A DNA stretch of 64,000 nt from Chthoniobacterales bacterium (GTDB lineage Bacteria; Verrucomicrobiota; Verrucomicrobiia; Chthoniobacterales; Chthoniobacteraceae): the NCBI GenBank assembly GCA_038207335.1, contig JBBQZX010000006.1:1-64000 (forward strand), given 5' to 3'. The position numbers were made by a program, and so were the translations under genes. The stretch's first letter is position 1; each line of letters begins with the position of its first letter. This document shows, in pieces, positions 20,934 to 30,953 of this stretch. The notes beneath the pieces are model-generated. The model ran no database searches. It saw nothing but the letters and a program-made list of their open reading frames with translations, and was not told the origin of the DNA.

Positions 20934-21476
20934 ATGATCGACGTCCGTCATTATTCCGCGCGCGAAACGCTTCGCGGCGGACTCGAGATTTTGATCCGAT
21001 CGCTGCGACCGGACGACTTGGATCGGATGGCCGAGGCCTTCGGGAAACTGGACCCGGAAACCATCGCCTTGCGCTTTTTTGGCGCCAAAGCCGGTTTGAC
21101 AGAGGCGGACCGGAGTCTGATTCGCAATTTGGATTTCGAGACCCGCGTGGTCCTCGTGGCCACCCTCATCGCGTCAGGGCGCGAAATCGTGATCGGGCCC
21201 GGCAGCTACGCCCGCGCGGGACTCGATGCCGCCGAGATCGCCTTCACGGTGGAGGAGGACTATCATGGCCGGGGCATCGCCCGCCGAATCCTCCATCATC
21301 TCGGGATGATCGCGCGGGATCAAGGCATCGCCCGCTTCGAGGCGGAAGTGCTTCCCCGCAATAAGGCCATGCTCCGGGTCTTCAAATCGAGCGGCCTGCC
21401 TATGGCTTCGCACTTGGATGATGGCACGGTCCGTGTGACGCTTAAACTGGGCGCGGGCACGGCTCAGGAGAATTAA
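20934..21476 (+). CDS. GNAT-family N-acetyltransferase (Pat/acyl-CoA synthetase GNAT-like)
   Basis: IRSLRPDD..LRFF, AEIAFTVEEDYHGRGIA, AEVLPRNKAMLRVF. Confidence 0.85.
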   Translation: MIDVRHYSARETLRGGLEILIRSLRPDDLDRMAEAFGKLDPETIALRFFGAKAGLTEADRSLIRNLDFETRVVLVATLIASGREIVIGPGSYARAGLDAAEIAFTVEEDYHGRGIARRILHHLGMIARDQGIARFEAEVLPRNKAMLRVFKSSGLPMASHLDDGTVRVTLKLGAGTAQEN

Positions 21477-21502
21477 ACCGCCGCCCGTGATCTACTGCAC
21501 GC

Positions 21503-23344
21503 GTGAATCCGCAACTGCTGCTCGTCCTCGGCCTGCTCGGCGCGTGCATCGCGCTTTTCATCGCCAATAGGCCGCGGATGGATGTGGTCGCGTTGCTGGC
21601 TCTGGTCGCGCTTCCGCTCTGCGGCGTGCTCACGGTGCCGGAGGCACTCGCGGGATTCAGCGATCCGAGTGTCGTGCTCATCGCGGCGCTTTTCATCGTC
21701 GGCGAAGGACTCGTCCGGACGGGGCTCGCGGTGCAGATGGGCGACTTCCTGCTGCGCCACGCCGCTGGCAGTGAAGGGCGGCTGATCGCCATGCTGATGC
21801 TTGCGGTCTCGGCGCTGGGGGCGGTCATGAGTTCGACCGGCGTCGTCGCGATCTTCATCCCCGTGGTGCTGCTCGTGGCCGAGCGGCAGAAGCTCGCGCC
21901 GGGGCGCTTGATGATGCCGTTGAGTTTCGCCGGATTGATCGGCGGGATGCTCACGCTCGTCGGCACGCCGCCGAATCTTGTGGCGAACAGCGCGCTCGAA
22001 CACGCGGGCTTTGCGGGATTCGGGTTCTTCGATTTCACGCCTTTCGGCGCCGTCATTCTCGCCGCGGGCATCGGCTACATGCTCATCGCGCGCCGGTGGC
22101 TGAACCGCGGCGCGGACCGGGAACCAGAGGCTCGCACGCGCCGCCGGATGATCGATTTCGTGCGCGAATACGAGCTCACTGGTCGCGAGCATCGCGTCCG
22201 TGTGCGCGAAGATTCGCGAGTCCTCGGGCAGACCTTGCAGTAACTCGGAGAGCGGCGGCGCAGCGGAGCGGATGTCGTCGCCATCAAGCGCTGGACCGGG
22301 CGGCACCGTGAGTTGATCGAGCCGCGCGCCGACTTGGTCCTGCGCGCGCGCGCGACGTGCTGCTCGTCGATGCCGCGGCGCCCGATGATCCCGAGCTCCT
22401 GCAGGCGCTGGCCGAGTTAAAACTTGAAGCGCTGCCGCAGAGTGGAGCCCATTTTACCGACCTATCACGCGATCTTGGCATGGCGGAAGTGCTGTTGCCA
22501 CCGGATTCCGAACTCGTCGGCCAGAGCGTCCTCAAGGTCGGTTTTCACAGAAAATACAGGCTGAACGTCATCGGCCTGCGCCGCGGGCGCAAGACGGTGG
22601 CGACCGGCGTCTCCGAGGAAAAGCTGCGCCCCGGGGACACGCTGCTGGTCATGGGCCGCTGGAAAAACATCCGCGAATTGAACAAGCAGAAGCGCGACTT
22701 CCTCGTGCTCAGCCTGCCCGCGGAGATCGATCAGGTCGCACCCGCACATAGCCGCGCGCCTTTTGCGCACGGCATCCTCGCCGTCATGGTCACGCTCATG
22801 GTCACCGGCTGGGTGCCAAATGTGCTCGCCGCGCTCATTGCCTGCCTGCTGCTGGGCCTCACGCGCTGCCTCACGCTCGAGAGCCCCTACAAAATCCATC
22901 CAATGGCCGAGCCTCATCCTCATCGTGGGAATGATGCCATTCTCCACCGCGCTGCAAAAGACCGGCGGCGTGGAACTCGCCGCGCAGGGCCTGCTCGATG
23001 TCTTCGGCCAGGCCGAGCCGCGCCTGCTGCTCGCGGCGCTCTTCGTCGTCACCGCGCTCATCAGTCTGTTTGTCTCGAACACCGCCACGGCCGTGCTCGT
23101 GGCGCCCCTCGCGCTCACCGTCGCCAAGGACCTCAATCTGTCGCCGTATCCGTTTGTGATGACCGTCGCGCTCGCCGCGTCCGCCGCCTTCATGACGCCG
23201 AACTTATCGCCGGTGAACACGCTGGTCCTCGTCCCGGGCAAATACCGCTTCGGCGACTTCGTGCGCATCGGCGTGCCGTTCACAATCATCGTCCTGCTCC
23301 TCACGGTGCTGCTCGTGCCGTGGCTGCTCCCGCTCAAGCCTTGA
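21503..23344 (+). pseudogene. SLC13/CitMHS permease with TrkA-C domains, disrupted
   Basis: GGMLTLVGTPPNLV and [20 protein letters not shown]. Premature TAA at 22241-22243; frameshifts near 22350 (GC run) and ~22895. Confidence 0.85.
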
Positions 23345-23444
23345 GGCAACGGCGGACTCACCGGGCAAACCCGGTTTCGGATGTCCTTCATGCTCTGTTC
23401 AGAATTCATTCCTGCGATTGCGCCGAAACCTCAATCGCCCTTCA

Positions 23445-23460
23445 TTGGACCCTGATCCGA
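23445..23460. promoter_or_regulatory. GGAC-N4-GTCC-like operator, copy 3 (degenerate)
   Basis: TTGGACCCTGATCCGA followed by TAGCTCGCGC, the same tail as copy 2. Confidence 0.5.
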
Positions 23461-23514
23461 TAGCTCGCGCAGCCGTGCGTGATTCAATCATTGCCGCTCA
23501 ATACCTTGCCAACT

Positions 23515-23797
23515 ATGAGCACGACATCCGCATCGTTTGACCTCAGCCAGCACGGCCTCACCGTCACCGAAATTCATCAGAATCTTTCGCCAGGTTCTTC
23601 GGCGGACCGTTCCTCGTCTGGCATCCGAGCAAATATGCCGAACTGCTCGCCGAGAAGATGACGAAGTACAACGCGCGCGTCTGGCTCGTGAATACCGGCT
23701 GGGGCGGTGGCGGCCCCGGCGTCGGCAAGCGTATCAGCCTCAAAAATACGCGCGCCATCATCGACGCCATCCACGACGGCTCGCTCGCCAAATCGGA
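23515..23797 (+). pseudogene. pckA: PEP carboxykinase (ATP) relic, N-terminus joined to a C-terminal piece
   Basis: MSTTSASFDLSQHGLTVTEIHQNLSP then FGGPFLVWHPSKYAELLAEKM..VWLVNTGWGGG..GKRISLKNTRAIIDAIHDGSL. Confidence 0.8.
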
Positions 23798-24079
23798 ACG
23801 GTCCGCGTGAGCGTGCGCGACCACGGCAGCGGCATCCCGAACGAAGCACGCGAGCGGCTTTTCGAGCAATTCTTCACCACCAAAAAACAAGGCCTGGGCA
23901 TGGGCCTCGCGATCGTGCGCTCCATCATCGAGGCCCATGGCGGCAGGATCGAGGTGGACAACGCCGAGGGTGGAGGCGCGGGATTTTACTTGGATCTGCC
24001 AGCGAGCGCAGAGGCCCATCTTGGCGAGCCATCTTCCGATGGCTCCAAAGCTGTCGAAGGCCAGCCTGCCCCGGGCTAG
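23797..24079 (+). pseudogene. Histidine kinase HATPase_c C-terminal relic (FixL-like)
   Basis: VSVRDHGSGIP..LFEQFFTTKKQGLGMGLAIVRSIIEAHGGRI; no H-box or N-terminus. Confidence 0.75.
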
Positions 24080-24092
24080 GACCAAGGTCGTA
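24077..24092. promoter_or_regulatory. GGAC-N4-GTCC-like operator, copy 4
   Basis: TAGGACCAAGGTCGTA about 45 bp upstream of the PLD start. Confidence 0.55.
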
Positions 24093-24137
24093 TATCGCAA
24101 ACCGGCACACTTCAGCAGCCTGAATCCCGCATCACTC

Positions 24138-25694
24138 ATGTCCTCAAATCACCAACGCTCGATCCAATGCGCCGCTGTTTCGTTGGCGATGCTTTCACTA
24201 ACTGCATGTGGCGGGCTGCCGAAGGGCGGTGAGCGCACCGCTTCGACCGCGCTGAAGGATACCGGACACACGGCGCTGGCGGCGATCGTGCGGCACAAGG
24301 TCTCCGCGCACCCGGGACAGTCCGGCCTCCATGAACTTCCGATCGGAGCAGGGGCTCTGGCGGCGCGGCTGGCGCTGGCGGATGCGGCGCAGCGCAGCCT
24401 CGATGTGCAGTATTTCATCTGGAACAAAGACGAGGCCGGCAAGGTCCTGCTCGAGCGGCTGTTCCGCGCCGCGGATCGCGGGGTGCGCGTGCGTCTGCTG
24501 CTCGACGATCTCGGCACGATGCCTTCCGACAAGGTGCTGCTCGCCATCGACAGTCATCCGAACATCGAGGTGCGGATGTTCAATCCCGTGGCCCTGCGTT
24601 CGCCCCGGTTGCTCGGCATGGTCGTGGACTTCGGACGCATCAATAAGCGGATGCACAACAAGTCCTTCACGGCGGATGGGCAGGTCTCGATCGTGGGCGG
24701 GCGCAACATCGGCGACGAGTATTTCGACGCGAACGCGAAGATGAATTTTGCCGATCTCGACGTGGTAGTCATCGGGCCGGTGGTGAAGGAGGTGTCGGAC
24801 GAATTCGACCTCTATTGGAATAACCAGTCGGCGATTCCAATCGCCGCGCTGGCGAAACAAAACACGACGCCCGAGCAGTTCGCCACGATGCGGGCGGCGC
24901 TCATCGCGCACCATGACACCACGAAGGCTACGGCCTACGCGCAGAGCCTGCGCGACAGTGAATTTGCCCGGCAGATTAGGAGTCGGAACGTTCCCTTCCA
25001 CTGGGGAAAGGCCACGATCGTGAACGACCATCCGGACAAGGTGGCCACCTCCGCCAACAAGACGGAGACGCATCTGGCCCCGCAGTTGCGCGAGCTCGCC
25101 GACAAAACGAAACGCGAGCTGTTCCTTATCTCGCCTTACTTCGTGCCTGGAAAGCAGGGCGTCGAATTCCTGGCGGGCGTGGAGCAGCGCGGCGTCCGGG
25201 TGGTCGTGATCACTAATTCGCTCGCTTCCACGGACGGGGTGCCGGTCCATTCCAAATACCAGCTCTACCGCAAGCCGCTGATCGAAGCCGGGATCGAACT
25301 CTACGAGATCAAACCGACCGCCGGTGCCCAACTCAAGCGGCGCTTTCGCGAACCTGCCGGATCGAGCACCGGGGGCTTGCATGCGAAGACGTTCGCCCTC
25401 GATCGCCGGATTGGTTTCATCGGTTCCTACAACCTCGATCCGCGGTCGAGCAAACTGAACACGGAGATGGGTGTGCTCTACGACTGTCCGCCGCTGGCCA
25501 GCCGACTGCCCGAGCAGATCGAACGCAAACTCCCACAGAACGCGTATCGCGTGGAACTCGACCACAATCGCCTCGTCTGGGTGACGCACGAGGGTGGCAA
25601 GGAAGTGCGCTATACTTCCGCGCCGGAGGCCGGTGCGATGAAGAAAATCAAATCGACGATAATCAGTTGGCTGCCGATCGAGTGGCTGCTTTGA
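24138..25694 (+). CDS. clsC: Phospholipase D family lipoprotein / cardiolipin synthase ClsC-like
   Basis: Lipobox LTAC; two HKD motifs (RMHNKSFTAD..GGRNIGDEYF; LHAKTFALD..GSYNLDPRS..NTE). Confidence 0.85.
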   Translation: MSSNHQRSIQCAAVSLAMLSLTACGGLPKGGERTASTALKDTGHTALAAIVRHKVSAHPGQSGLHELPIGAGALAARLALADAAQRSLDVQYFIWNKDEAGKVLLERLFRAADRGVRVRLLLDDLGTMPSDKVLLAIDSHPNIEVRMFNPVALRSPRLLGMVVDFGRINKRMHNKSFTADGQVSIVGGRNIGDEYFDANAKMNFADLDVVVIGPVVKEVSDEFDLYWNNQSAIPIAALAKQNTTPEQFATMRAALIAHHDTTKATAYAQSLRDSEFARQIRSRNVPFHWGKATIVNDHPDKVATSANKTETHLAPQLRELADKTKRELFLISPYFVPGKQGVEFLAGVEQRGVRVVVITNSLASTDGVPVHSKYQLYRKPLIEAGIELYEIKPTAGAQLKRRFREPAGSSTGGLHAKTFALDRRIGFIGSYNLDPRSSKLNTEMGVLYDCPPLASRLPEQIERKLPQNAYRVELDHNRLVWVTHEGGKEVRYTSAPEAGAMKKIKSTIISWLPIEWLL

Positions 25695-25704
25695 TCATTC
25701 AGCC

Positions 25705-26064
25705 ATGCGCCAGTTTTTTGCGTCGCTCTTCGTCTTGCTGCTCGTCGCTCCGATCGCGCTGGCGCTTGATCCGCAGACAGAAGCGGAAATCGATGAGCTG
25801 ATTACGTACGTCCAGAAATCCGGCCTGCGCTTCATTCGCAACGGCTCGGAGCATTCCGCGGCTGAGGGGGCGGAGCTTCTGCGCGTGAAACTTGGGAATG
25901 CCGGTAATGGCGTGAAATCCACCGACGACTTCATCACCGGAATCGCCACCCAGACTTATATCTTCCACAAACCCTACCTGGTAAAATTTGCGGATGGCCA
26001 CACCCAACCGACCGGCAACTGGCTGCGAGCGCACTTGGAGGAAATGCGCAAGAACAAGCGGTGA
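25705..26064 (+). CDS. DUF5329 (YfeK-like) exported protein
   Basis: Signal peptide; EIDELI..FIRNGSEH..DDFI..KPYLVK..WL. Confidence 0.75.
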   Translation: MRQFFASLFVLLLVAPIALALDPQTEAEIDELITYVQKSGLRFIRNGSEHSAAEGAELLRVKLGNAGNGVKSTDDFITGIATQTYIFHKPYLVKFADGHTQPTGNWLRAHLEEMRKNKR

Positions 26065-26270
26065 ACATTGGTTCGCTGGTTCGGCGGGTCGCCGTTGCCG
26101 ATTGCGCGCTCGTCATGCTGTGTGGTTGCGCCAGTCACCGACATTCCGTCCCCAGACCCGGGACGTCTCAGCCGCAACCGCGCATGAGTTGCGCGCGATG
26201 ACTTTCAACCTTCGCGTCGGCACGATTCTCGACGGGTACAATATCTGGGACAAGCGACGCGACCTTGACG
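26061..26270 (+). pseudogene. Endonuclease/exonuclease/phosphatase family N-terminal relic
   Basis: Lipoprotein-like leader, then LRAMTFNLRVG..NIWDKRRD, then truncated. Confidence 0.5.
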
Positions 26271-26469
26271 TGCAGCCCGTCCGAAATCGCGGGCGACATG
26301 CCCTGCGTCGCCACCGGCACCCCACCCGAAATCTAGAACGCGAGGCGTATGCCGCCGGAGATGGAGTAGACCTCTCGTAATTCGTCCGGCCGAGTTTGCC
26401 GTCGTAGTAGAGGTAGGTCGCGCAGCGTTCGCTGCATTGGATGGCGACGCCGACGCCGAGCGGCCGGCG

Positions 26470-26710
26470 CATGGGTGGTCACATCTCCCTGCAAGACTAG
26501 ATTCGTCGTGCCGATCACACTGCCGTTTGTCATGTCCAGAGAAGACACTCCAAGTGGGCGGAACCCCTATCGTCCGTGCCACCGTTCACGGTCAAGGCAC
26601 CGATGATTTCCTCGAAGAAGATGAACTTTCCGTTGCTGTTCACCGTAACTTCCACGGTGTTGGCAATTCGATCTGGGTTCAACAACTGCAGCACTGCGCT
26701 GTCGCCGCGA
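26470..26710 (-). pseudogene. Fragment of an autotransporter-repeat/surface protein
   Basis: GDSAVLQLLNPDRIANTVEVTVNSNG..EIIGALTVNGG and TNGSVIGTTNLVLQGDVT, in different frames. Confidence 0.35.
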
Positions 26711-26837
26711 CGCGACCGCGCAGTCGGGCGGGACCAAAGACAGCGACCCGGAGAGTCCGCGCAAACTGGCGAACGAGGTGCCCTAGAAAAAGCGCCGGTG
26801 ATTTGAATCGCCGTGAGCCCATGGCGTCATCATCTGC

Positions 26838-27616
26838 TCAGCGTCGGTAGTGCCGGATGACGACGAACTGGGAGTAGAGAATCCAAGCCAGCATCAGCGT
26901 CGAGAGCAGCGCCAGCAGGTTGAAGACGAACAGCACCCGCGATTTGCGCGCGTCCATCCGGACCTGCAACGCTGCGATGTCCGCCTGCACCCCCTGAACG
27001 CTGGCCTGCACCTCGCCCAGCCGGGTCTCGATGCGATGCGTGAGCCCGTTGAGCGTGGCGACGGTCTCAGCAGGCATGTCGGTCGTTTGCGCCATTACCA
27101 TCGCCCGCAGCGTGCCGCGCAGTTGCGTCGTGTCCGCGGACAGCCCTTCGAGCCGGTTAAAGGTCTCGTCCAGTGCCGCCAGCCGCGGAGCACGGTCGGC
27201 CATCATCGGCAACGAGTTCACCAAGCTCACCGCGTTGCCGATGGTTCTCGCCGCATCCCGCACCGGAGCCAGCACCTGCTGCATCTGCGCGATGCGTGGA
27301 GCCAGACTCGTCTCCAAGCGCTCGTTCAGCGCGCTGAGCACGGGGCTGTTTGCCACCGCTCGTGCGCCGACGGCGGTATGGTCTCGGCGGCCTGCCGCAC
27401 TTCGGTCCGGCTCGTCGCGATGAGGTCGTCCACCCGCGTCACTCCTGTATCGACCACCCCGACGGCAGTCTCGACCAGGCCAAATCCCTTCAGCGCAATC
27501 TCGGCCGCCTTGCGATCGATCAACCACACGCCGAAGATGCCGAACAGGCTCAGCCCGATGAACAGTCCGGCAACGGTGACGGCGGCAGAGCGGGCTGTCT
27601 TCTCAAGAATTGGCAT
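26838..27616 (-). pseudogene. Membrane-anchored coiled-coil hypothetical protein, frameshifted near 27370
   Basis: The N-terminal TM ORF (27616-27326) and the C-terminal ORF (ending in a TM helix at 26838) are in different frames. Confidence 0.55.
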
Positions 27617-27718
27617 GCTGGTTGGTGGACCGGGCAGGCGATAGCGATTCGGAAAGTGGGAATTTCATCGAGTGATGGAGGTTTGAGGAATCGTGCGACG
27701 CGGTTGCGCCGGTAACAA

Positions 27719-27734
27719 TAGGACCTTAGTCCGA
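27719..27734. promoter_or_regulatory. GGAC-N4-GTCC palindromic operator, copy 5
   Basis: TAGGACCTTAGTCCGA about 100 bp upstream of the 27616 start. Confidence 0.6.
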
Positions 27735-27756
27735 AAGTGAAGCGTTGCCGCGCCGT

Positions 27757-28240
27757 TCACTTGTCCGGAAGCAGATTACCGGGGAGTTCGAGCAAACCTT
27801 TCAGAACTCTTTCGGCTGCTTCCTCTTCCGCCTCTTGCCTGTCGGCTCTCTTCGCGATTTTGCTGATCAGATGAAAGCGGGGGAAACTCTTGAGCATCCA
27901 CTTCACGTCATCCACCGGGCCTTTGCCTTTGAATTCCAGCAGCCAGGTGAGCACGACCGTGACGAGTCCCGGGAGTTTTCGCAGTCTCCCCGTCGCGGTG
28001 ATGTCGGTGTATTCGCGGGCAGATCGATGGTCCCGCCCGCTTCGACGCGCACCTGCTCGCTGACGAGTTTCATGTCGTCAAGAAACAGGGTGCTGCCCGA
28101 AATTCGATAATTCACGCTCATCGTGGAGGGCTCATTCTTCTGAAATTGCGGGACCATTTTATCGAAGACGACATGCAGCGGGCCGAGAATCGGCATGCGA
28201 CCAAACTCCGCCTCGCGGATGCTCAGCGTGCCTGAACCGG
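27757..28240 (-). pseudogene. C-terminal relic of an AsmA-like protein
   Basis: GSGTLSIREAEFGRMPILGPL..EAGGTIDL then (frameshift) WLLEFKGKGPVDDVKW. Confidence 0.45.
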
Positions 28241-28311
28241 CGGAGGTAGAGCAGCGGCCGCTCGCCAGCCTCAGGCGCTGGAGGTCGTCGGTTCGAGTCC
28301 GGCTCCAGCCA
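28239..28311 (+). tRNA. Degenerate tRNA (tRNA-Met-like scaffold, anticodon now CAG), probable pseudogene
   Basis: D stem GAGC/GCTC, anticodon stem CCAGC/GCTGG with loop CTCAGGC, variable AGGTC, T arm GTCGG-TTCGAGT-CCGGC. Acceptor stem imperfect; no CCA. Confidence 0.65.
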
Positions 28312-28354
28312 CATTTCGCCGTCAAGGCGCATCGGAATGGCTGCGCCCAAGCCG

Positions 28355-30793
28355 CTACCTTGCCGCCACGGATGCCGACTCGCCCGCGACCGTGATCTGA
28401 TGACCTGTCCGCTCCACATTGCCCGCATCGTCGCGGGCGGATGCGGCAATCTTTCCGCCTAGCGGGGTATCGAGCGTGATTTTCCAATCCGTGACGCCCG
28501 CGACCGATGACACGATCTCAGCGGCCTGGCCGTTGACTGTGACCGCGACGACCGCGCCGTCGTCATGCGAAATGCCGGTGACGATCACTTTGCCACCGAG
28601 CATTCGCGCGTGCGTAATCATCGTCGTCGGCGCGAGGTCGTCCACCGGATCGAGGAGCTTTGGAAATTCGACGGCACCGACTTCGGCGATCATGGATTCG
28701 TCACCCGTCAGCGGCGGCTCCTTTCGCCACGCGGTTCCGTCGCCCATGAGGTCGGCGCACGCCGTGCTCGCCACCTTCGCAGTGCGGCCGGGGCCGAAGA
28801 AATCGTGGAGATAGACGGGCACGCCGCGCTCGGTGATGGACGGCTCACGCGTGCCGCCGCCCCGGTTAACGAGTGCGCGTCGCGCGTCGTTTTCCGAGCC
28901 GATTCGACGCACGTTCCGGAAGTGACTTTCGGCCTGGCCGCCCGGGTTATTGTCGCTGATCTGGATCAACGGAACGTGCGAGTCGAGAGGACATTTTTCA
29001 AAGGTGAGGCCGTCCACGGTGAGCCGGCCGAATTGCGTGCTCGCATCGTCCATGCCGCGATTGAATGGCTCGCTTGTTGTCGCGGCGATGGTGAGGTCGC
29101 GATAGACGTGATTTTCCAATGCGGGCCGGTAAATGCCATAGGTCGCGTGGTCGATGCTCACGTGCTCGAGCAGCATGTTCGGCACTTGCGGACGCAGGCC
29201 GTAGTGGACCTGCCAGATCTTCGCGTCGCGAACAATATGCGGATGTCGGGTGTCGGGCGCGGTGCGGTCGATCTCCGAAAATTCGGATGCCTTCCTCACC
29301 TGGTCGCCGCGCTGATTGTTGCCGGCGAAAACCATCCCATAAACCCCCTCGGTGTGCGCCTCATTCGCCTCGAACCGATAAAAAGGGAGCGTGCGGATAT
29401 CGACTTTCTCATCGCCCCCGCCGGGCGTGCGCACGGAGAGATGGCTGTCAAACCTGCGGGTGCTCTGGCTGTCATATCGAAAGCCGTACTCATCGTTCTC
29501 GCACGACACATTTCGCGTCAGCGAATTGCGCCCGTTCGCCCACCAAAATGCCGCGCCTTCATTCGGATCAAAGCCGAGCACCTGCTTCGGAAGCGCCTTC
29601 CCCCGGACCGCCTGCACACCGAGATTCCGGTCGAGGAGATTGAATTCCTCCGTGCCGTCTTCCATGAAAAAGCCGTGGCCCACACTGCGATAGCCGACGC
29701 AATCGCGCACCAAGAGGTACTGGCTGCCGTGGATCGTGACCCAGCGATTACGGCTGTCCACGATCGCCGCGCCGATGACGCCGCTCCCTCGCATGGTGTC
29801 TTCGACGAGGTGAAAATGAATCGGATATCGGCCCAAGACGCCCTCTTTCCCGAGATGCGCAAAGCGCGCATAGCTGATGCCGCCGCGGCTGAACTGATGA
29901 TAGAGGGTGTGTCCGCGAACGCCGTCGGGATCGGCACTCTCGACGATCACGTTCCTCGAAAGATTCGCGATCTCGCTACGGAATTCTCCGTGACCAAAAT
30001 GCTCATTCGCGAGCGGGCGATCGAGTGTGACCATCGTGCCGTCGATCTTCGTGACGACGCGCTCCTCCGTCTGCGGCCCCGGCGGCGGCTTCGCCTCACC
30101 CTTACTGTAAAGGTGCAAATTCTCCTCGTGGATCGAACCCGTGACGATCACCTCATCGCCCACGCGCCAGCCGGTGACCGCTTCTTTAAGCGTGACCGTC
30201 GCGTCGCCCGGCATGGCGTCCGCACCGAGCTTCACCCAGGTCCGATTCATCGGCGCGCCGTGAAAATCCATCCGCGCCGAGCACGCGCTGATCGCCGGCG
30301 CGTCGTCCTTGTTCATTCCCTCGAGAAAATGCAGGCGAATGCGCGCAGTGACTTCCGCCGGGATCGGCTCGTCGAGCGTGCCGACCTCCAGAGCCGGCAT
30401 GACCGTGGATGGGAGCGCATTGGGTTCACCGGCCTCGTTCACTTCGTGGAGATCGCACCGGAAACCGCTCTCAGAGCAGCGCTCGCTGTTCTGCACCTTC
30501 AACAGGCCGACGTTCAGCGTCGTATCGCGATCGCGCGCAAAGCGCAATTCACCGGCAACCTGAACAAGACGAATCACCGCATCGCTGGCGACATCATAAC
30601 CGACCCGCGTCTGTGCGCTGACCAGAACGCGCTCGCCCTGCGCCGGAACACGCGCCGGCTCCCAGGTCTTCGGATCAGACCACGCCCCGCTGCGGACCGA
30701 TTTCACGTCAAAACTCAACGCCGCCGGCTCCGCGCGCAGAGTGAATCCTGAGGCGAGGAGCACCAACAAGGGGCCAAGAATTCTTATGGTCAC
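28355..30793 (-). CDS. Secreted G8-domain protein with parallel beta-helix repeats (CEMIP/TMEM2-like)
   Basis: Signal peptide; SVRSGAWSDPKTW, GWRVGDEVIVT, ANLSRNVIVES, LGRYPIHFH, NRWVTIHGS, GHGFFMEDG. Confidence 0.85.
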   Translation of the reverse strand: MTIRILGPLLVLLASGFTLRAEPAALSFDVKSVRSGAWSDPKTWEPARVPAQGERVLVSAQTRVGYDVASDAVIRLVQVAGELRFARDRDTTLNVGLLKVQNSERCSESGFRCDLHEVNEAGEPNALPSTVMPALEVGTLDEPIPAEVTARIRLHFLEGMNKDDAPAISACSARMDFHGAPMNRTWVKLGADAMPGDATVTLKEAVTGWRVGDEVIVTGSIHEENLHLYSKGEAKPPPGPQTEERVVTKIDGTMVTLDRPLANEHFGHGEFRSEIANLSRNVIVESADPDGVRGHTLYHQFSRGGISYARFAHLGKEGVLGRYPIHFHLVEDTMRGSGVIGAAIVDSRNRWVTIHGSQYLLVRDCVGYRSVGHGFFMEDGTEEFNLLDRNLGVQAVRGKALPKQVLGFDPNEGAAFWWANGRNSLTRNVSCENDEYGFRYDSQSTRRFDSHLSVRTPGGGDEKVDIRTLPFYRFEANEAHTEGVYGMVFAGNNQRGDQVRKASEFSEIDRTAPDTRHPHIVRDAKIWQVHYGLRPQVPNMLLEHVSIDHATYGIYRPALENHVYRDLTIAATTSEPFNRGMDDASTQFGRLTVDGLTFEKCPLDSHVPLIQISDNNPGGQAESHFRNVRRIGSENDARRALVNRGGGTREPSITERGVPVYLHDFFGPGRTAKVASTACADLMGDGTAWRKEPPLTGDESMIAEVGAVEFPKLLDPVDDLAPTTMITHARMLGGKVIVTGISHDDGAVVAVTVNGQAAEIVSSVAGVTDWKITLDTPLGGKIAASARDDAGNVERTGHQITVAGESASVAAR

Positions 30794-30953
30794 GAAAGTG
30801 CGGGGTTGTTTGGAACAAGCGGCTGAACGAGCGCTCCTCACATGCAATCACTTCCCGGTCAGATTCGTTAGCGGCGAAATGCGACTCGTCACGAGTAGCA
30901 TGGGCGCGGACTCCGCTTCGACATCTCGCCGCGTTTGACGCGGGACGGCAAGC

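Noticed and set aside
20407..27734. CRISPR array or integron attC sites from the repeated palindromes
   Set aside because: Repeats are 16 bp and irregularly spaced kb apart; no cas genes or integrase.
28239..28311. Functional tRNA-Leu(CAG)
   Set aside because: Short variable loop, atypical anticodon loop, mismatched acceptor stem and no CCA.
28565..30751. Long + strand 728-aa ORF (and similar ones at 14060-15637, 3883-5328, 52855-54492)
   Set aside because: Shadow frames of real genes in high-GC DNA; no recognisable motifs.
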